Positions 11,683-19,216 of a DNA stretch of 32,000 nucleotides are shown in pieces; position 1 is the stretch's first letter; every line of letters starts with the position of its first letter. The translations under genes and the position numbers were made by a program. Location: contig NZ_LT671858.1 of the NCBI RefSeq assembly GCF_900083515.1, positions 120,001-152,000 on the forward strand, read 5' to 3'. The notes under the pieces were generated by a model, which was given only the letters and a program-made list of their open reading frames with translations, was not told the DNA's origin and ran no database searches. This DNA comes from Cuniculiplasma divulgatum. Lineage in GTDB: Archaea > Thermoplasmatota > Thermoplasmata > Thermoplasmatales > Thermoplasmataceae.

Positions 11683-13617
11683 ATGAATAACAAAAAGCTG
11701 ACTTCTGTTTTAATTATCTCTGTGATGATATTCGCAGGAGCTATATCAATCACGGAATATTACAGGGATAACGGGAGTTCGCCAAATAACGCTGGTGTAA
11801 CTGGGGTGTTTGGACCGTCTGTTAACATATCCTGCCCCAATACTTTAGAAGGTGACGGGTTTCATCTTTCCAACAATACGACAATAAATATTCAGTTGTA
11901 CCTACCTGTTCCACAGGCAGTTCACAAAGGTCTGAACACAGTTGATATGTTAGGAATGAACAGGTATAACAACAGTGTTGAAGACCTTTTAATGAATATA
12001 ACAATATACCCACTGAATGACACCTACACAAAATTCTTCCTGCCAATAACATTTGACCGTGTATCACATGAATGGAGTAATATCACGAAGCACTACACGG
12101 GAAATACCGATCTGTCTATGACTGTTGAGGCAATAAAGACAGTTACTCATGATAATGGTACTTTGTACATATACCAATATTACAACAATGTACCTTTTAA
12201 TCCATTAAATGTACATATAGGAAAACTTTCAGCAGTTACAGAAGTTTCTGATTCATCAACAGGAGCTAGTATAAATGTGTTAAACAGGTGGTTCAATGGT
12301 AGTGATGTTAATGTGACACAATATTCACAGGTGGTTTATACACCTATTAATTTCAACGTAGGTCTTTCTTTTTCAGATAAGCCTTTAGAGATTGTACATG
12401 AAAAACATTCCGTTCCTAATATTTATGTTTCCAATAACAACATGAAGAACGAACAGATGAATGCTTTGATAACGCCTGTAAAATGTGGGAACCCAATAGT
12501 CAAATATGAATGCAAGTACTACAATGTGACATCCAGCATCATAGAAAATGTAACTGACTTCCACGGCATGTTGCCACTATCAATTGCACACATAGGAAGG
12601 AATGCTGATAATGGAAAATCATTAGTGGACACAGGTAACACCATTTCCCTTTCTGATTCAATCATAAATTTAAGTTCTAATCAGGTATATGAAAGTTCAT
12701 CAGGCCAGATCACCACTACCGTATCACCAAATCCTTCCGTTTCCAAAGTTTTTAGTTTTATAGGGGGTGGTTCAGCCACAGGGGCAAATGCTTATCCAAC
12801 AGCAATGTGGAATTCTCTTGTCAAAAACTCTACAGAAGGCAAAGCACTGAACCATACAACAGTAGTAATAGGAATTCATGGTGTTTCATACTACTTCGAA
12901 AGATATTCAACTTATACATATCTTCATAAAGAAAAACTGAAAATACTGGAGTGCCCAAATACAGGTTCTTATTCAATCAATGTTTTATCCAATAGCATAC
13001 TTAAAACCACCTTTGATGGCAGGTACACAGTAGGGCAGATCACCAATATAAATACAACAAATGGCCTCCAGTTGAGTTATTCAAACCTGCCGATAAGCGC
13101 TGTGTGGGTAATACAGCACTACTTGAAAACTAAGACAGGATCATTTAATCTCAATGACAGCGGGCGAGGAGACACCTATTCTACAGCAACATTTTACGAA
13201 CATTCAGCCGGATGGCTCAATGTATCAAGTGCCTACAAACAGGTATCGGACGGTCTTAAGATCTTCTCCGCCGCATTGGGGCTTGAACTTGCTATAGTAT
13301 CTGCAGAATCCGCTGCAAACGGCGCAGATATGGATGCAACAGAACCGGCTGTCATACTTGCAGTGACATCCATAATAGCACATGTGATAGGACTCAGTGG
13401 AGATATACTAGGAGACATGTCCTCAGTTGGATCATTTTCCAATACTGGAAACGCACAGATCTTTTCATTTATATCGAATTCACCAGCACCGGGATCAAAT
13501 TATACTGTGAATTATTTTGAATCAAATAATCCCATAGAACTGAATCTAAACGGACAAACATATTTCTTCCATGCACCTGACAACTTCTATAACGCAACTG
13601 AAATCACAACTGCATGA
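11683..13617 (+). CDS. Large secreted or surface protein with an N-terminal signal/anchor, rich in N-glycosylation sequons
   Basis: The track ORF begins at a GTG at 11566. The in-frame ATG at 11683 gives MNNKKLTSVLIISVMIFAGAISI, a positively charged N-terminus followed by a hydrophobic helix. I hand-counted about 20 N-x-S/T sequons. A hydrophobic segment AVILAVTSIIAHVIGL lies about 100 aa before the C-terminus. No family recognised. Confidence 0.7.
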   Translation: MNNKKLTSVLIISVMIFAGAISITEYYRDNGSSPNNAGVTGVFGPSVNISCPNTLEGDGFHLSNNTTINIQLYLPVPQAVHKGLNTVDMLGMNRYNNSVEDLLMNITIYPLNDTYTKFFLPITFDRVSHEWSNITKHYTGNTDLSMTVEAIKTVTHDNGTLYIYQYYNNVPFNPLNVHIGKLSAVTEVSDSSTGASINVLNRWFNGSDVNVTQYSQVVYTPINFNVGLSFSDKPLEIVHEKHSVPNIYVSNNNMKNEQMNALITPVKCGNPIVKYECKYYNVTSSIIENVTDFHGMLPLSIAHIGRNADNGKSLVDTGNTISLSDSIINLSSNQVYESSSGQITTTVSPNPSVSKVFSFIGGGSATGANAYPTAMWNSLVKNSTEGKALNHTTVVIGIHGVSYYFERYSTYTYLHKEKLKILECPNTGSYSINVLSNSILKTTFDGRYTVGQITNINTTNGLQLSYSNLPISAVWVIQHYLKTKTGSFNLNDSGRGDTYSTATFYEHSAGWLNVSSAYKQVSDGLKIFSAALGLELAIVSAESAANGADMDATEPAVILAVTSIIAHVIGLSGDILGDMSSVGSFSNTGNAQIFSFISNSPAPGSNYTVNYFESNNPIELNLNGQTYFFHAPDNFYNATEITTA

Positions 13618-13746
13618 TTTTTTATATTCATTCCCTTCATTAGCTCAACTTCACAATTAGTGGTTCCCAAAAGGTAAAAGGGAGTAACAGGAAATACAGT
13701 GAAATCTTAATTAGAGACTATTGTTCAGGAATTTCCTACTTGTTCA

Positions 13747-14631
13747 TCACAACTTTTGCTTTGAGTCATCATAATAATAGGTTTCTACGCCCTTGATCCC
13801 GGTATCTACTCTGAATATAGAACCTCCGATATCTTTCGGATCAGCTGGTTGATTACTGGTGAGTTTTGCCGAACTAACAAAGAGTTCTGTCATGTTTTTA
13901 CCGCCAAAAGTGCAGGATGTTACATTTGTAGCTGGAAAAATAATCTCGCTAAGTTTCTTTCCTGTTGAGGGGTTCCATCTTGATATCCTGTGTCCTCCCC
14001 AATGGGCAACCCATATCATTCCCTCTGTATCTATGTTCATCCCATCTGGAAATCCCACTTCTGTGGTAAAATCTACAGCTATCCTTTCATTCGTGAGCTC
14101 ACATTTCTCATTGTATGTGTATGATCTAACCTTTCTGGTTGGAGTATCTATGTGATAGAACATCATTCTATTCACATCCCATGCAAGGCCATTGGAAATG
14201 GTTTGTCCTCCAAGAACCTTTCTCAATTCGCCTGACTTTGTGTAGACATAGAGTGAGGCTACAGGCTCCTTCTCATTCATATCCATAGTTCCTGCCCAGT
14301 AGTTTCCATATGGATCCACCTTTCCATCATTGAACCTGTTATTTTCAAGAGAATTTTCAGTCTCCACAAGTACCTTTTCCTTACCAGTTGATGGATCGAT
14401 GGATGTAAACCTGTGGCCAATTGTTGCATACATCTTTCCTGATCGAGAGGGAACAAGAGAAGATATCATACCGTCTGTCTTCACAGTTTCTATCTTTCCG
14501 GTGGAAAGTTCAAAGGATCTAAAAAGATGACCCTTAATATCTACCCAGTAAACTTTGTTATTTCTCCTGTCCCATGTTGGCCCTTCGCCAAGTATCTCGG
14601 TTTGCTTTGAAATAATTTCAACGTCTTCCAT
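13747..14631 (-). CDS. SMP-30 / gluconolactonase / LRE-family beta-propeller (probable gluconolactonase)
   Basis: 294 aa with the N-terminal LGEGPTWD...VYWVDIKG motif and repeated blade motifs (NDGKVDPYGNYWAGT, SNGLAWD, PDGMNIDTEGMIWVA). Confidence 0.85.
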   Translation of the reverse strand: MEDVEIISKQTEILGEGPTWDRRNNKVYWVDIKGHLFRSFELSTGKIETVKTDGMISSLVPSRSGKMYATIGHRFTSIDPSTGKEKVLVETENSLENNRFNDGKVDPYGNYWAGTMDMNEKEPVASLYVYTKSGELRKVLGGQTISNGLAWDVNRMMFYHIDTPTRKVRSYTYNEKCELTNERIAVDFTTEVGFPDGMNIDTEGMIWVAHWGGHRISRWNPSTGKKLSEIIFPATNVTSCTFGGKNMTELFVSSAKLTSNQPADPKDIGGSIFRVDTGIKGVETYYYDDSKQKL

Positions 14632-14757
14632 AAATCCTTAAGACTTCACTTCATAAAACATGTGCGATTGAAATATTAATCAAAAATTTGTAATATAATT
14701 TTAGGCCAACTAACCGGTCATATGCCAGTCTACTTTTAAATGCTAATGTTGTTGTTA

Positions 14758-14813
14758 ATACATCTGTATATATGAATACTCATAATAGTATGTTTTAATA
14801 CATACAAATGTAT
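14758..14813. promoter_or_regulatory. Cluster of three related palindromes directly upstream of abiEi (candidate autoregulatory operator)
   Basis: ATACA-tc-TGTAT (14758..14769), ATACT-cataat-AGTAT (14776..14791) and ATACAT-acaa-ATGTAT (14798..14813). The last ends 8 nt before the ATG at 14822. All three share the ATAC(A/T)...(A/T)GTAT core. Confidence 0.35.
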
Positions 14814-14821
14814 AGAGTATT

Positions 14822-15493
14822 ATGAAAAGGGAGGACTTCCTAGAAAAGATAAACTATTTTCAACTGGAAGTTTTTAGCATACACGATGCAGCTAGAATCT
14901 TCGGCAAAAGTGAAAGGTATGTATCTAACAGGCTTTCTACTATTAAACAAATCAAGAGAATAATGAAAGGAATGTATTACGTAGAGGGTACGTCAGTATC
15001 CACCATTGCCTCAAGCATCATTTCACCTTCATATGTGAGTCTTATTTCTGCCTTCTATATTAGGGGCTCCACCACACAAATTCCTATAGAAATTCAGGTC
15101 ATTTCCCCTATCCAGCACAGGTCTCTTCTAATAGATCAGACAAGAATCATTTTCATTAAGTTGAGTAGGGGAAGAATATTTGGCTTTGAACGGACAGATG
15201 TTGGCATGGTAGCCACTCTTGAAAAGGCTATTGTTGATTCACTTTATCTGAACACCTTTATAGGTGAAACAGAAGAGGCTCTGCAAAACAATAGTGGATT
15301 GAATATTAACAGACTACTAGAATATGGAAAGCTCATGCATTCAGGTGCAACTGTAAACAGGTTAGGACACGTATTGGAGAAATTTGGATATGATTGTGAA
15401 GCTTTACTTAAATACAGATCAGAAAGGTACGTTAATTTTGGAGAATCAGGTAACCTAAAAGATTCTAAGTGGAGGGTAAAGTATGCTGAGTAG
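14822..15493 (+). CDS. abiEi: AbiEi-family antitoxin / transcriptional regulator (type IV TA system)
   Basis: 223 aa with an N-terminal wHTH-like segment (FSIHDAARIFGKSERYVSNRLSTIKQIKRIMKGMYY). This is followed by PSYVSLISAFYIRGSTTQIPIEIQVIS, typical of AbiEi proteins. The gene overlaps the downstream AbiEii gene by 11 nt. Confidence 0.7.
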   Translation: MKREDFLEKINYFQLEVFSIHDAARIFGKSERYVSNRLSTIKQIKRIMKGMYYVEGTSVSTIASSIISPSYVSLISAFYIRGSTTQIPIEIQVISPIQHRSLLIDQTRIIFIKLSRGRIFGFERTDVGMVATLEKAIVDSLYLNTFIGETEEALQNNSGLNINRLLEYGKLMHSGATVNRLGHVLEKFGYDCEALLKYRSERYVNFGESGNLKDSKWRVKYAE

Positions 15494-16226
15494 AGAGGAA
15501 CTATTAAGTGTACCCTTATCATTCAACGCCTACCAGAAAGAAAAAGACTATCTTCAGCATATAATTTTATCAAGGATATATGCAAATACAGGAAACCAAT
15601 TGATTTTCAAGGGTGGTACATCTCTCCAGAAATGCTGTGGCCTAAACAGGTTCTCAGAAGATCTAGATTTTACAGTTAAAGACAAATTAAGATCCGAGAA
15701 GATAGAACTCGCCTTGGCAGAAGTTAACCGTTACTATCCATCATCTTATTCAGGTTATAAAGCAGATCATTCAATGGGGTACATAATAAAGATTCATGGA
15801 CCTTTATATAAATCCCCCATATCATTGCAGACAATACGATTAGACATTAGCATGCGTGAGAAGGTAATCCTTCCATCTGTAAACTACAACATCATTCCCA
15901 TATATAGAGATCTTATGCCTTACTTGGTCATTGCAATGGACCTGAAGGAAGTATTCTCTGAGAAGATAAGGGCACTTTTGACAAGAAAAAAAGCAAGGGA
16001 CCTTTATGATATATATTTTCTGATAAAAAGAAACATAGCGCTCGACCTTAACTTAGTAGAAGAGAAAATGAAATTTTATAACAAAGCATATGAAGGAAAA
16101 GAAGCAGTTGAGAGGATCAGAAGCCTCAAAACTCAATGGGAAAAAGAAATTCCGGCACTGGTGTTTAACCCACCTCTGTATGACACTGTCTCTTCAGAAG
16201 TAATTGAATTTCTGCTTTCCTCTTAG
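15483..16226 (+). CDS. abiEii: AbiEii/AbiGii-family nucleotidyltransferase toxin (DUF1814)
   Basis: 247 aa with the family signature LIFKGGTSLQKCCGLNRFSEDLDFT (NTase G-G-[ST] plus DxD) and the later motif KIRALLTRKKARDLYDIYFL. An SD sequence, GGAGGGT, lies 5 nt upstream of the ATG, inside the abiEi coding region. Confidence 0.85.
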   Translation: MLSREELLSVPLSFNAYQKEKDYLQHIILSRIYANTGNQLIFKGGTSLQKCCGLNRFSEDLDFTVKDKLRSEKIELALAEVNRYYPSSYSGYKADHSMGYIIKIHGPLYKSPISLQTIRLDISMREKVILPSVNYNIIPIYRDLMPYLVIAMDLKEVFSEKIRALLTRKKARDLYDIYFLIKRNIALDLNLVEEKMKFYNKAYEGKEAVERIRSLKTQWEKEIPALVFNPPLYDTVSSEVIEFLLSS

Positions 16227-16261
16227 GATAATGAAAGAGTACTCTAGGTCTTAATTATGGA

Positions 16262-17149
16262 TCATGTGGTATTGTCTCCACTCCAGGACGGACCCTGAAC
16301 ACCACTGGCAGCCTTTTCCACAAGTTCAATTTCTTCCGGCGTCATTTTCCAGCCCATAGACCCTGCATTCTCCTTCACATGATCGGGATTTGATGCCCTA
16401 GGAATGGGATACACAAAGTCATATTTACTGAAAAACCAGTTGAGTGCAATTTGAGGCATGGTCTTCTTTCCATGATTCTTTTCAATTTCACTTAATACTT
16501 CCTTTCCCAGTGATGATTCAGACGTGAGCATTCCATGAGCAAGTGGATAATATGCAAGTATGGCAATACTGTTTTCCCTGCAGTACGGAACCAAATCTTT
16601 TTCTATATTTCTATGGGCAACGTTGAAGTTCATCTGTGTTGACTTGATCTCATATTTTTTCATGAACGAGACCGCCTCCTTTGTTTGCTCAAGATTGAAA
16701 TTGCTTATTCCTATGTGCCTAATCTTCCCCTCATCCTTAAGATGTTCCAGTCCTCTCAAAGCCTCCTTAACCTTATCGGCACTTGAATGCATATGAAGCT
16801 GGTACAGATCTATATAATCTGTCTGCAGTTTTCTCAGGCTCCTCTCACATGATTTGATAACTCCATCATATGAATAATGCAGTGGAAATACCTTGGTCGC
16901 TATAAAAAGTTCATCTCTTTTTCTTCCCTTCATGGCTTCAGCCACAAAGGGTTCTGTTTCATATATTTCTGCAGTGTCGATGAAATTAATGCCAGCATCT
17001 AAGGCAGCTTTTATTGCACTAAATCTCCTTTCCTTTCCGGGCCTTATCCTCAGAGTTTTTGCCAGACCTATCCATTTGAAATCATAATAGGTGCCAACAC
17101 CCATAGGTGTAATCATGGAATCAGTATTTCCAAACTTAACTTTCTCCAT
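16262..17149 (-). CDS. Aldo/keto reductase
   Basis: 295 aa. Contains GINFIDTAEIYE, the Lys region FIATKV, DLYQLHMH, and IRHIGISNF. This is the canonical AKR catalytic tetrad context. Confidence 0.9.
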   Translation of the reverse strand: MEKVKFGNTDSMITPMGVGTYYDFKWIGLAKTLRIRPGKERRFSAIKAALDAGINFIDTAEIYETEPFVAEAMKGRKRDELFIATKVFPLHYSYDGVIKSCERSLRKLQTDYIDLYQLHMHSSADKVKEALRGLEHLKDEGKIRHIGISNFNLEQTKEAVSFMKKYEIKSTQMNFNVAHRNIEKDLVPYCRENSIAILAYYPLAHGMLTSESSLGKEVLSEIEKNHGKKTMPQIALNWFFSKYDFVYPIPRASNPDHVKENAGSMGWKMTPEEIELVEKAASGVQGPSWSGDNTT

Positions 17150-17218
17150 GGTGGTTCATCTGTAAAGTACTTATAAAAGCTTTGTGAACTATTTTCTTAT
17201 TTAATATCAGGCATTGCT

Positions 17219-18119
17219 TTATACGTAAGATAAAAGTAGGTCACGGTTTTCCATGAGCCATTTTCTCTTTTCTTTCCAGTTCGGCATAATTTTTTCCACC
17301 TCATTCCAGAACAACTTTCCATGGGCAGCAATTTTTGTATGAACAAGCTCATGGATGATCACGTAATCTATTACTCCAACAGGAGCCATTGCCAGTAGAA
17401 GCGTGAATCTTAATATGGTTTTGTTACTACAGCTCCCCCACGTTCTTGTTGCACTTCCTACAGAAAATGAGGAGTAATTACAGTTTATTCTGCTGGAAAA
17501 TGCATTTAATCTCTCATCAAAATAACTTTGTAATGCATTACGGTAGAAATGCTTGAAAACCTTTCTTCCTTTGTCCTTACAGTTCTCTGAAAGATTGAAA
17601 AAACCATCGAAGGATAAACATTTACTATCCTTTACTATCTTAATCTCATACTCTTTTCCAAATAGCAGATGTTTCTCCCCATCCTCAAATCTGACATTTT
17701 TCTTCATTTCTATCGCTTTGTCAAATTTTTCCTTTGTTTTTCTCATCCAACTGGCGTTTGTGTCCAGAAAAATATCAATCTGAGTGCCTGTTACCACCGT
17801 TTAAGCAGAAAGCCCACGACTTAAGTCGTGGGATGAATGCGAAACTCTTAATATGGTAGAAAGTGTATCTAATCCAGTACCGCAGGGCATGCGGGATTTG
17901 AAGCCTGATAAGCTGCCCGAAAGGGATAGTGAGAGATGGAGTAAGCCCTCTGGATCGGATGAAAGGGGCACTGTCAATGAAGCAGGAACCTCACAAGCTT
18001 TAGCTGTGGGAGGATGTCAGATGACTGGATACTCTGAGAGAAAAGGCGCCATCACTTTTTAATCTCAGAACCATGTATTTCCTTTTCCCTCTCACTTTTA
18101 TAATCTCAACATTGATCAT
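17219..18119 (-). pseudogene. DUF45 / YgjP-like (M48-related, HExxH) metallopeptidase gene interrupted by a 238-bp insertion
   Basis: The N-terminal module MINVEIIKVRGKRKYMVLRLKSDGAFSLRV runs from the ATG at 18119-18117 to codon GTA at 18032-18030 (part of ORF 18000..18197). The remainder, TGTQIDIFLDTNASWMRK...VIIHELVHTK...FW, is in ORF 17219..17797, in a different frame. Deleting 17795..18032 joins them in frame into a 220-aa protein of typical DUF45 size. Confidence 0.7.
17795..18032 (+). mobile_element. Non-autonomous IS200/IS605-like insertion (PATE/MITE-like), GC-rich and highly structured; may encode an omega/reRNA-like RNA
   Basis: About 50% GC against mid-30s % in the flanks. On the + strand it is inserted immediately 3' of TTAC (17791..17794). 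A perfect hairpin CCCACGAC-TTAA-GTCGTGGG (17813..17832) begins 18 nt inside the left end, with AAAG directly 5' of its foot. The element ends in ATAC. No target duplication is needed for in-frame restoration of the host gene. Further helices: a CCC-GAAA-GGG tetraloop hairpin at 17916..17925, a hairpin at 17880..17894, and a long-range 7-bp pairing of 17872..17878 with 18024..18030. No ORF of plausible function lies inside. Confidence 0.45.
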
Positions 18120-18207
18120 CTTATTTCCTGTATAGAGGATCGGATAATTACAGGGTAAATAGGGTTTTTCATTGCTGTTACCATAATCAACCTGCACTGG
18201 GTGAAAA

Positions 18208-18543
18208 CTACTTCTCTTTGAAAATTAGTTTCATCAATTCAGCATAGGTGGAATATGCCTCCTTTCCCTTATCAGTAATTGTTACTGAGATACTGGGGCC
18301 TTTCCTCTTAAGAACAGTCTTCACAGACACCAATCCACTCTCCTGAAGTTTATCCAGATGATTGCTCAGACTCCCCTTTCCACAGGATGTAACTGCCATT
18401 AGTTCCTTGAGATTCATCCTTCCGTTGATTGCCAGTGAGAGCAGTATTATCAGTCTTGCAGTGGACTTCATAACTGGTTCCTTCAAGTTATTTCCCAGTT
18501 TCTCAAGGAGCTGTGCAACTCTCTCATCACCCAATTCAATCAA
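18208..18543 (-). CDS. Winged-helix (ArsR/MarR-like) transcriptional regulator, last gene of the ABC operon
   Basis: 111 aa. STARLIILLSLAINGRMNLKELMAVTSCGKGSLSNHLDKLQESGLVSVK is a typical HTH plus wing. It overlaps the upstream gene by 8 nt. The start is a TTG, so the exact start is uncertain. Confidence 0.72.
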   Translation of the reverse strand: MIELGDERVAQLLEKLGNNLKEPVMKSTARLIILLSLAINGRMNLKELMAVTSCGKGSLSNHLDKLQESGLVSVKTVLKRKGPSISVTITDKGKEAYSTYAELMKLIFKEK

Positions 18544-19216
18544 CCCTTAGACTTTCATCCGCTCCATTCACCATTTTCCTGTAGTCTCTCAGGGAGATGT
18601 ATCCAGATAGGAACCACATGGCTGAAGAAACCAGCCATAGTAGTCCGTATACCAAATAGCCATAGTTAAGGAATAAGGATACTGTACTCGACACAGCACT
18701 GAAGAGAAAGGCCCCAGATGACAGATAACCCTCAAATGGAATCTTTCCCATGCTTTGTTTTATACCGCCCAGCATACCAATATAAATCAGTACTAAAACA
18801 AAGAACAGTCCAATCACTCCTTCTGGGTATTTTAGAATACCTGAGGCAAGGAAAAGAATTAGGATGAAGAGCAACACGTTGATGGATATGCTCCTAATTT
18901 CGTTTCTCCTGTTTTTTCCTTTAAAACCAGAGTTTATCTGTCCTATCATATAGGCTCTCCTGAATAAAGTCATCGTAACAAATATTGCAACTATGAAAAC
19001 GATTCCGTAGGCAGTGAAAAAAAGTATATCCTGATATACTGTGTTGGATATATTTTCCAGAGGAATATATATGGTTGAAAAAAGTGTAATCGCTGTTGCC
19101 CAGATCATATAGTAAAAACCCCACGTCTTCTTGAGTATCCTCCTGTCCAGCCTTACTGCATTCATGCTGGCAGTTTTTATCTGATCTATTGCCTGAGTTA
19201 ATTCATTTTCAGTCAC
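18536..19216 (-). CDS. Integral membrane protein (about six predicted TM helices), unknown family
   Basis: 226 aa with a hydrophobic periodicity. GTG start inside a GTGTGA overlap with the upstream permease stop, and a GGAG-type SD upstream. Confidence 0.65.
   Translation of the reverse strand: MTENELTQAIDQIKTASMNAVRLDRRILKKTWGFYYMIWATAITLFSTIYIPLENISNTVYQDILFFTAYGIVFIVAIFVTMTLFRRAYMIGQINSGFKGKNRRNEIRSISINVLLFILILFLASGILKYPEGVIGLFFVLVLIYIGMLGGIKQSMGKIPFEGYLSSGAFLFSAVSSTVSLFLNYGYLVYGLLWLVSSAMWFLSGYISLRDYRKMVNGADESLRVD

Noticed and set aside
17880-17912. tRNA-like T-loop string TTCAAATCC on the minus strand (rc of ggatttgaa)
   Set aside because: The flanking bases (CAGGC and CCCGC) cannot form a T-stem. 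No acceptor, D or anticodon arms can be drawn around it.
17795-18032. Whether the GC-rich structured segment is a known housekeeping RNA (SRP/7S RNA or RNase P RNA) or a TPP riboswitch
   Set aside because: For SRP RNA, the CCC-GAAA-GGG hairpin with 4x4 flanking loops resembles helix 8 geometrically. However, the near-invariant loop residues (CAGG on the 5' side, AGCA on the 3' side) are replaced by GCUG and AUAG. For RNase P RNA, GGAUGAAUG and a GCUUAU-like string are present, but on opposite strands, and no GAGGAAAGUCC-type CR-I is present. For a TPP riboswitch, CCUGAU and CUGAGA both occur but in the wrong order. The segment also sits inside a protein-coding gene, which none of these RNAs would.
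17795-18032. Archaeal bulge-helix-bulge intron or self-splicing intron in the DUF45 mRNA
   Set aside because: I found no complementarity between the two exon-intron junctions on the gene strand that could form a 3-4-3 BHB motif. There is no GUGYG...AY boundary or domain V-like element of a group II intron. At 238 nt it is too short for known group I or II introns. This remains formally possible and is listed as an RT-PCR check.
17779-18038. TCTGAG at 17779..17784 and at 18033..18038 as a target-site duplication
   Set aside because: Excising between these copies removes 254 nt, and 254 mod 3 = 2, which would not restore the DUF45 reading frame. The 238-nt deletion at the TAC junctions does restore it.
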